Shown here in pieces: positions 58,025 through 64,000 of a stretch of DNA of 64,000 bases. Positions within the stretch are counted from its first letter, which is position 1; each line of letters begins with the position of its first letter. The notes below the pieces were generated by a model. That model worked only from the letters and a program-made list of their open reading frames with translations. It searched no databases and was not told the origin of the DNA. This DNA comes from an uncultured Pseudomonadota bacterium (GTDB lineage Bacteria > Vulcanimicrobiota > Vulcanimicrobiia > Eremiobacterales > Eremiobacteraceae), in NCBI GenBank assembly GCA_963736005.1, contig CAVTNB010000002.1:37444-101443 (forward strand), written 5' to 3'. The translations under genes were made by a program, and so were the position numbers.

Positions 58025-58504
58025 TCAACGCCCTTCGACGCGTTTTCTATACACTTCGACTTCTTCTCGCAGCAACCCGGCGCTGAGTCCGACTTCAAAG
58101 ACTAACGCCAGCGTTGCGAGCATGAGCACGAGTCCTCCCAGGAGCACGATAGAAGGACCGAGCCATTCAAAGGGCGCGTGCGTCGCCTGATCGATCGCGA
58201 GCACGACGCTCGACAACAAGAACAACGCGATCGCGATGTAGTAGCCCCATAGGGCATTACGGGCCAGTTCTGCCCGACGAAGTTGCCGATCGATGCGCTC
58301 TTCCACGAGCGCAAGGTCGACCATTTGGCCTTCCTTGCGCATTTGTTGACCCTGCAGGATGAAAGCGCGGGTCTGGTCCACAACGCGCCCAAGCCGGACA
58401 AGGGTGCTCGCGACAAGCGAGCCTGCCGCCAAGATCAAAATCGCCGGGGTGATCATGGCCGAAACCATGGACATGTCCGGGTTTATCAAAGGATAGCTTC
58501 CCAT
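58025..58504 (-). CDS. DUF2721 domain-containing membrane protein
   Basis: 159 aa. MITPAILILAAGSLVASTLVRLGRVVDQTR pattern and 3 TM segments. Confidence 0.6.
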   Translation of the reverse strand: MGSYPLINPDMSMVSAMITPAILILAAGSLVASTLVRLGRVVDQTRAFILQGQQMRKEGQMVDLALVEERIDRQLRRAELARNALWGYYIAIALFLLSSVVLAIDQATHAPFEWLGPSIVLLGGLVLMLATLALVFEVGLSAGLLREEVEVYRKRVEGR

Positions 58505-58572
58505 CGTCGGGACAGGATACGGTGCTTCGGGGACGCATCCATTTTGCCGGAGAATACGTAGAAGAGAGTGTT

Positions 58573-59172
58573 ATGCACATAATCCTAGCCATGCTCAGCG
58601 CTTTGCAACTCGTGGCGGCCACGACTGCTGCCGCCCCGTCCGAACAAATCGTTCTCTCTGGAGGCTGCTTTTGGGGCATGGAAGCTGTCTTCGATGATCT
58701 CAAGGGCGTGACCAATGTCGTGTCAGGCTACTCCGGTGGCAACAAGACCACGGCGCACTACGAGATGGTGAGCACGGGCCTCACGGGGCACGCCGAATCG
58801 GTGGAAATAACCTTTGATCCGAGCAAGATCTCGCTCCAACAATTGCTCGCCGTATACTTTCTCGTCGCCCACGACCCGACGCAACTCAATCGCCAAGGAC
58901 CTGACGTCGGCAGTCAGTATCGATCCGTGATCTTCTATGAAGATGATGCGCAAAAGCAAATCGCGCAGACCTACATCAAGCAACTGACCGACGCCAAAGT
59001 TTTTGACGCCCCGATCGTCACGCAAGTGGTGCCGCTGCAAGCGTTCTATCCAGCCGAGGCCTACCACCAACACTATGTGGCGAACAACCCCGACAACCCC
59101 TACGTCGTCTACGAAGACTTACCCAAACTCGCACACCTGCGCACGAAATTCCCAAACCTTATCAAAACATAG
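58573..59172 (+). CDS. msrA: peptide-methionine (S)-S-oxide reductase, exported paralogue
   Basis: From ATG 58573: hydrophobic leader MHIILAMLSALQLVAATTAAAP, then SGGCFWGMEAVF and the rest of an MsrA domain. Confidence 0.8.
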   Translation: MHIILAMLSALQLVAATTAAAPSEQIVLSGGCFWGMEAVFDDLKGVTNVVSGYSGGNKTTAHYEMVSTGLTGHAESVEITFDPSKISLQQLLAVYFLVAHDPTQLNRQGPDVGSQYRSVIFYEDDAQKQIAQTYIKQLTDAKVFDAPIVTQVVPLQAFYPAEAYHQHYVANNPDNPYVVYEDLPKLAHLRTKFPNLIKT

Positions 59173-59255
59173 CGGGGTCTAGAATGTGGCGCCGAACACG
59201 CTCGGCTCCGCCAACTCGAAAAGGGCCCTGACGCGCATGCTGGAACTTCTGGAGC

Positions 59256-60054
59256 ATGCGCATCACTTTTGCTACGCTCCTTGCTTGCTTGGTATTTCTA
59301 GCGTTGGGCAGCTTTGCGTTGTCCGCACCGACACCCAAACCCACCGCCAAGCCCACGCCGAAGGCTGCGGCGCTCTCAAAGGCACAGCAGCAAAAGCTCG
59401 CCGAGCTTAAAGCATCGGCGCCAGCAGATGAATATTTTGGGAAGATGAAGCTAAGCTTCCTCGGCATTAACAACACGTTTCGCGACCAGGCGATTCGGGC
59501 GGGCGACCACACCACGAATCCAAGTGTCACAGGACCGCTCGGATGGGCTGAGGATGCGCTGCACGCCTGGCAGAAAAAATATTCTAAAGATCCGCAGCTG
59601 GCGCGCTCGTACTACCTAGCATTCCTCGCCGATCGCAAAATCTGGCTTGCCGACTTCCAGCAACGCGCCACCGCCTACCTCGTCGTCGCTGAGGCAAAAG
59701 TTCCCGACCACGTTCTTTGGCAAACAGGCCAAGGCGGATCTGCAAAAGGGCATGACGATGAATTTTTACGCGCCAGCAATGCCCTGCGACACCAGCGCTC
59801 CTGTGTTAGGCACTCCTGCGCCGTTGCCAACGGCCGATGTCAAAAACAACATCAAAGTCAACGCTATCCCGGTGCCTTGCTACACAATTGCACCCTCGCC
59901 GATCCCCCTGCCGGGTATTTCGGCGACACCTATTCCTGAGGTCTCGCCCACACCCGCGCCGACTTCCCTGACACCAACGCCGATTTCCCCGACAAATACG
60001 CCGGCTTCCCCGACACCAACGCCGTCCGCATCGGCTAGCGCAACGCCAACCTAA
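59256..60054 (+). pseudogene. secreted hypothetical protein with Pro/Thr-rich N-linker and C-tail; probable frameshift at about 59670-59705
   Basis: ORF 59256..59939 starts with signal MRITFATLLACLVFLALGSFALSA. After about 59700 the GC-rich third positions and protein-like sequence (FPTTFFGKQAKADLQKG...SPTPAPTSLTPTPISPT...) are in ORF 59647..60054, while the first frame becomes AT-rich at third positions. Confidence 0.5.
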
Positions 60055-60974
60055 GCGCGGAACACGCGGAATCGTCCGTCAATCGCAAGCAGACCGCCAA
60101 AAATCAAAAGCATTCCGAGCAGGCTCGTCAGCGCGATGTGCTCTTTGAGGACGAGAGCCCCGAGCAGCAACGCGCTCGCAGGGGTGAGCAGCGTGACGAG
60201 CAAGACGTTGGTTGCACCAGCTGAGGCCAACACCCGGAAGTAAAGCACGTAAGCAAGAACCGTGCTGAGGACCGCAATGCCGAGCAGAGCACCCCAGCCG
60301 CTGATGGCCAGTGTTGGTGGGTGTAGCCACGGCTTGTCGAAGACGAACGCAAGAGGCGCGCTCAGTACCGCAGCGCCAGCGATTTGTCCGGTTGAAGCAA
60401 CCAACGGTGAAACTCCCATGCTTCGAAACCGTCGACCGTAGACCGCCGCGCACGCATAGCAGATTGCTGCAGCGATACAGGCGAGCTGCGCGAGGCTCGT
60501 GAGATTGATGGTCATCAATGCTTTGGGCCTCATCAGCACCCCAACCCCAAGGATGCCGAGCACGATGCCCACCACTCGATTCGGCGTGATGCGCTCGTCG
60601 GCAGTGGAGAAATGTGCGATGAGCACAGTGAACATCGGCGTCGTCGCATTGAGGATGGACGCGAGACCGCTTGCGATCTGCGATTCGCTCCAGCTGATCA
60701 GACTAAATGGGAGAGCGCAATTCAGCATCCCCATCACGAAGAAGGCTTGCCACGCTGGTCGAGTTCGCGGAAGCGATTGGCGCCGTAAAATGACGAGCGC
60801 AAACAACAGAACAAAAGACAAAGCAACTCTGGCGAACACGAGGCTAAAGGGCGAGATTTGACCTACGAGAATTTTATAGAAGAAAAATGCCGCGCCCCAC
60901 ACGACGGAGAGCGCAGCAATTGAAATCCAATCCGCAGCACTCATGACCCTCGACTCACGCATTGGACGTATCAT
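60051..60974 (-). CDS. EamA/DMT family transporter
   Basis: 307 aa, 10 TM segments, duplicated EamA halves. Confidence 0.8.
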   Translation of the reverse strand: MIRPMRESRVMSAADWISIAALSVVWGAAFFFYKILVGQISPFSLVFARVALSFVLLFALVILRRQSLPRTRPAWQAFFVMGMLNCALPFSLISWSESQIASGLASILNATTPMFTVLIAHFSTADERITPNRVVGIVLGILGVGVLMRPKALMTINLTSLAQLACIAAAICYACAAVYGRRFRSMGVSPLVASTGQIAGAAVLSAPLAFVFDKPWLHPPTLAISGWGALLGIAVLSTVLAYVLYFRVLASAGATNVLLVTLLTPASALLLGALVLKEHIALTSLLGMLLIFGGLLAIDGRFRVFRA

Positions 60975-61103
60975 ACCAAAAGGTCTTCGCGACGCGCCAT
61001 CCGAATCGCGACGTTAAAGTTTGTTATGTTGCCAAAGGATGACGCTTAACTTTGTTACTTGGGCCGGGGGAGAATCTGACCAGACAGCAACATGCCGCGG
61101 TCA

Positions 61104-62330
61104 TCAAGTGTAGGCATCGCGGCCAAGCACCTGAAAACACTCGCGCACCAGCTCCCACCGCTCCTCGCTCTTGATGACAAAAATGGCAACGCCTTGACCC
61201 TCGACTGAAATCCTGGCGTCGGGGGCCAAAGTTTTGTTGCGGTTGCGATCGATATTCAAACCAAAGCAGGCCAGTTGCGAACAGGCGGCCTCTCGAAGGG
61301 CCGGCGTATTCTCACCAATGCCCCCGGTGAAAAGCAGAGCATCGAGTCCACCGAGGCTCGCAACCATCGAGCCAATTGCGCGACGCAAGCGATGCACGTA
61401 GACGTCGAAGGCAAGCTTGGCGTGAGGCTGGGACTTCTCGATGCCGGCAAGGATGTCGCGCATGTCACCCGATGCGCCAGAAATTCCCTTGAGGCCGCAC
61501 TCCTCGTTAAGTGTGCGGCGCAACTGTGCAGCCGTAAACTTGCCACTTTCAATGAGTTGCAGCACTAGGCCCGGGTCGATATCGCCGCTGCGTTCTCCCA
61601 TGACGAGCCCTTCCATGGGCGTCCACCCCATCGTGGTATCGATGCTTTGTCCGGCCTCGACTGCGGCGAGGGAACAGCCGTTGCCTAGATGGCACGACAC
61701 GATTCTTAGCTGAGCAAGGTCCTTGCCCAAGAGCTGCGCGCAACGCTCCGACACATAGCGGTGGCTAATGCCGTGAAACCCGAGGCGGCGCATGCCCCAG
61801 TCATCTCGCCACGCGAGCGGCACGGCATACGTGTATGCCTCTTCTGGGAGCGTCGCATGAAACTCTGAGTCGAAGATCGCGACCTGAGGTTTTTGACCAA
61901 AGGATCCCTCGACGACCTCGATACCTGCGAGGGCCATGGGATTGTGCTCCGGCGCAAGCGGTGAGGCTTCTTCAATCGCCGACTTGACGTCATCTGTGAC
62001 CACGACGCTGTGTCGTGCCAGCCTGCCCCCATGGACGACGCGATGGGCGGCCGCATCAATCGCTCCAAGCGAACTCCCACCCACACCAGAACCAAACGAG
62101 CGCGCAAACAATGCGTGGATGGCCGCCTTGCGGTTCTCGACGTCAACGCTTATCGGAGAGAGTTGCATGGCGGACCTTCGCTCAAGAATCGTGGCTCGGC
62201 CTGGGATATCTTCCCAGCTCGCTTCGCCACTCCAGAGCGGCACGGGCGGCGTGAGCTGCACCGGTGTGTTGATTTGGTACAACGAAGCCTTATAGCTGGA
62301 AGATCCGGCGTCACATGCTAAGATGCGCAT
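61104..62330 (-). CDS. ackA: acetate kinase
   Basis: MRILACDAGSSSYKASLY N-terminus, ...HRVVHGG..., ...FHGISHRYV..., ...FTGGIGEN. Confidence 0.9.
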   Translation of the reverse strand: MRILACDAGSSSYKASLYQINTPVQLTPPVPLWSGEASWEDIPGRATILERRSAMQLSPISVDVENRKAAIHALFARSFGSGVGGSSLGAIDAAAHRVVHGGRLARHSVVVTDDVKSAIEEASPLAPEHNPMALAGIEVVEGSFGQKPQVAIFDSEFHATLPEEAYTYAVPLAWRDDWGMRRLGFHGISHRYVSERCAQLLGKDLAQLRIVSCHLGNGCSLAAVEAGQSIDTTMGWTPMEGLVMGERSGDIDPGLVLQLIESGKFTAAQLRRTLNEECGLKGISGASGDMRDILAGIEKSQPHAKLAFDVYVHRLRRAIGSMVASLGGLDALLFTGGIGENTPALREAACSQLACFGLNIDRNRNKTLAPDARISVEGQGVAIFVIKSEERWELVRECFQVLGRDAYT

Positions 62331-62375
62331 GCTGCATCCTTACGCCGTCGCTGGAGCATCACATTTTCTAGAGCG

Positions 62376-62412
62376 AAGAGGCCGCGACGTAAGTTGGCGC
62401 GGCCTCTTTTGT
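62376..62412 (+). terminator. rho-independent-terminator-like hairpin (11-bp stem AAGAGGCCGCG / CGCGGCCTCTT, 11-nt loop, then TTTTG), plus-strand polarity
   Basis: Read directly. It lies between the ackA start and the hsp20 stop, both minus-strand genes. Confidence 0.5.
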
Positions 62413-62452
62413 GGTCGGGGTTTTATTGCTGGCATTTTACCAGGCTGAGCAG

Positions 62453-62926
62453 CTAGTGAATGGCGACCTTCTTGACTTCGGTTGGGCGAAGCGAGGGAAC
62501 TTCAACTTTCAGAATTCCCTTTTCGAAGCTCGCTATCACCTTCTCGGGATCGAGATTCTCTGGGAAACTTACCGAGCGTGAGAAGCTTCCCTGACGGAGC
62601 TCGCGATAGTGATACTGCTTTTCCTTTTCTCCGACTTCCTTGGAGTATTTGCCTGATATGGTCAAACAGTTACCGTCAATTTCGATGTTGATGTCTTTCT
62701 TCTCAAGACCGGGCAGCTCCACCTCAATGACGTACGATCCGTTTTTCTTATACAGATCCATCGGCGGTACCGTCAACTCTTGGTATTGTGTTGGCCGCAT
62801 GACCGAATCCAGGAACGAATTCATCCTGCGACGGAATGTCGAGACTTCACCGAACGGGGCAATCTCAAAGAGATCTTCAAAAAATGGACGAATCTCTTCT
62901 TTCTTTGTGAGCATGGTGGTTGTCAT
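62453..62926 (-). CDS. Hsp20/alpha-crystallin family small heat-shock protein
   Basis: PPMDLYKKNGSYVIEVELPGLEKKDINIEIDGNCLTISG...SFSRSVSFPENLDPEKVIASFEKGILKVEVP. Confidence 0.9.
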   Translation of the reverse strand: MTTTMLTKKEEIRPFFEDLFEIAPFGEVSTFRRRMNSFLDSVMRPTQYQELTVPPMDLYKKNGSYVIEVELPGLEKKDINIEIDGNCLTISGKYSKEVGEKEKQYHYRELRQGSFSRSVSFPENLDPEKVIASFEKGILKVEVPSLRPTEVKKVAIH

Positions 62927-62948
62927 GGCACTTTCTCCTTTCTTCCTT

Positions 62949-62976
62949 TGAGTAAATTGGCTTGAGTAAATTGGCT
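62949..62976. repeat. perfect 14-bp tandem duplication TGAGTAAATTGGCT x2 upstream of hsp20
   Basis: Read directly. Each unit carries (C/T)TTGAGT, the half-site of the HspR HAIR operator consensus CTTGAGT-N7-ACTCAAG, but in direct rather than inverted arrangement. Confidence 0.85.
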
Positions 62977-62984
62977 TCTTTGCG

Positions 62985-63656
62985 CTAATCGATGGTCAAA
63001 AGATTCTCAACCTTCGTCACACCAGGTACGGACCAAGCTGCTCGCGTCGCTTCGTCCCGCTCTCGACATGTGTGCACGAGCCCCTTGAGTATGACCCGGC
63101 CGCCGCTGGTTTCAACACAGATCCGTTTGGCGATTCGCCTTGCCTCGGCTTCAGCCGTGAGCTCAAACTGTCGCTCGATCCTTGCTTTCACACCGCTCGG
63201 CGGCGCATTGTTTCTCACCTCGATCACGTTGGTTACGGCGGTAACGCCGACGAGGCTACGAACCGAAGTTTCCGCCTCTGACCGTTGGAATCGCCAATCG
63301 ACCCGTCCGCTCAGAGTGATGTGGCCACTCTCCACGGTCACCTGGATCCCTTCAATCGGCAAAAACGTGTTCCAAGATATCGCGGAGAGCGCTGCAGCTG
63401 CAATGTTGGCGTCCGTTCGCCGGTGCATCTGTGGGAGTTCTACTTTCAGCTCTTCTGCGATGCCACGAACGCCAACGATTCGTTTTATCAGATCTTCGAT
63501 AACATACTTTTGTCCGTAACTGGGGACTGTACCGGTCAGCGTGACAATGCCTTCGCAGACAGCAACCCCAATATCACCCTCGTCGACGCGTGGATCTGCT
63601 GCTAGCTCCTCGATGACGTCCTTGTGGAGTTCAACATCTGCCTTCATGGAAATCAC
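62985..63656 (-). CDS. BON domain-containing protein (three BON repeats, OsmY-like)
   Basis: Repeated ...V.V.V..G.VTLTG.V.....K... units (GIVTLTGTVPSYGQK; GHITLSGRVDWRFQR; GRVILKGLVHTCRER). Confidence 0.85.
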   Translation of the reverse strand: MISMKADVELHKDVIEELAADPRVDEGDIGVAVCEGIVTLTGTVPSYGQKYVIEDLIKRIVGVRGIAEELKVELPQMHRRTDANIAAAALSAISWNTFLPIEGIQVTVESGHITLSGRVDWRFQRSEAETSVRSLVGVTAVTNVIEVRNNAPPSGVKARIERQFELTAEAEARRIAKRICVETSGGRVILKGLVHTCRERDEATRAAWSVPGVTKVENLLTID

Positions 63657-63807
63657 CTCCCGTTTAAACCAGTCTAACCGGGCTGCGGGCCGAGCCCTGT
63701 GAAGGAGCGGTGAATTTCAACCCCCAAATGCGACCACTGTCGGTTTTTCAAAACAGACGCGACGAAAGTCGCGTCCGGCGCTTTCTCATCCCGTGGAGTA
63801 AACGATT

Positions 63808-64000
63808 GTGTTTCAAAAGATCTTAGTTCCAGTGGACGGCTCACCGATCTCCGACGCCGGCATTAGCCTCGCGATCAAACTCGCGGCTCCTCTTCACGCC
63901 CAGGTACGCTTTGTCTACGTCGTCGAGCCCGCGAGGGTCATGGAAGTGGCCTCGGCGCCGATCACGGTTCTCGAACCGGACATCGCGAAGGCCGCAGGGA
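63808..64000 (+). CDS. universal stress protein (UspA family), N-terminal fragment running off the right edge
   Basis: My own translation from GTG 63808 (GGAG 10 nt upstream): VFQKILVPVDGSPISDAGISLAIKLAAPLHAQVRFVYVVEP..., the typical USP N-terminus. Confidence 0.75.
   Translation, partial: MFQKILVPVDGSPISDAGISLAIKLAAPLHAQVRFVYVVEPARVMEVASAPITVLEPDIAKAAG

Noticed and set aside
1-64000. Search for tRNA genes (including tRNA-Sec near selA/selB), rRNA, transposases, integrases, prophage genes, toxin-antitoxin pairs and known defence systems.
   Set aside because: No intergenic gap near the sel genes is long enough for a tRNA (gaps of 20-46 bp). No T-loop-like GGTTCGAATCC motifs were seen in intergenic DNA, and no ORF showed the relevant motifs. 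This was a by-eye search, so tRNAscan-SE, Infernal and DefenseFinder should confirm it.

Overview
High-GC bacterial chromosomal segment (GC not computed) with about 60 genes packed tightly, often with ATGA or GTGA start/stop overlaps. I saw no rRNA, tRNA, CRISPR array, transposase, integrase or recognisable defence system. Most of it is housekeeping: comEC, galE-like epimerase, leuS, amt, comEA, tsaE-tsaB-rimI-yqeK-rsfS, gyrA, trxA, selA/selB, two msrA copies and ackA.

Accessory or interesting blocks:
1. 1-9148: a glycosylation/sulfation locus (NTP_transf_5-like nucleotidyltransferase, GmhB-like phosphatase, phosphoesterase, sulfotransferase, GT4, GT2). It contains an orphan lasso-peptide-type B2 (McjB C-terminal/transglutaminase-like) cysteine protease. 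No lasso cyclase, RRE or precursor is visible.
2. 18813-24363: a GntR-controlled aminotransferase / methylmalonate-semialdehyde dehydrogenase / Tat-exported SpdH-like oxidoreductase module, probably for polyamine and beta-alanine catabolism.
3. 34422-39628: selA and selB split by a DUF4097 lipoprotein gene and followed by a permease.
4. 41104-46277: a sulfur-oxidation/detoxification cluster (two-domain rhodanese, persulfide-dioxygenase-rhodanese fusion, Tat DsrE-like protein, TauE exporter, rhodanese, TsdA-like dihaem cytochrome c).
5. 49935-58015: a 1902-aa alpha-2-macroglobulin with no CxEQ thioester motif, divergent from pbpC.
6. 62453-64000: an AT-richer hsp20/BON/USP stress block.

Two window-wide signals stand out:
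- A family of GTAG-headed palindromic REP-like elements sits in 3' intergenic spaces, often sharing the upstream TAG stop codon.
- At least seven frame disruptions occur in otherwise conserved genes (leuS, mmsA twice, sseA-like, PDO-rhodanese, a Pro/Thr-rich secreted protein). They more likely reflect indel errors in the assembly than real decay, but this needs read-level checking.

All family calls come from motif recognition by eye, not database searches.
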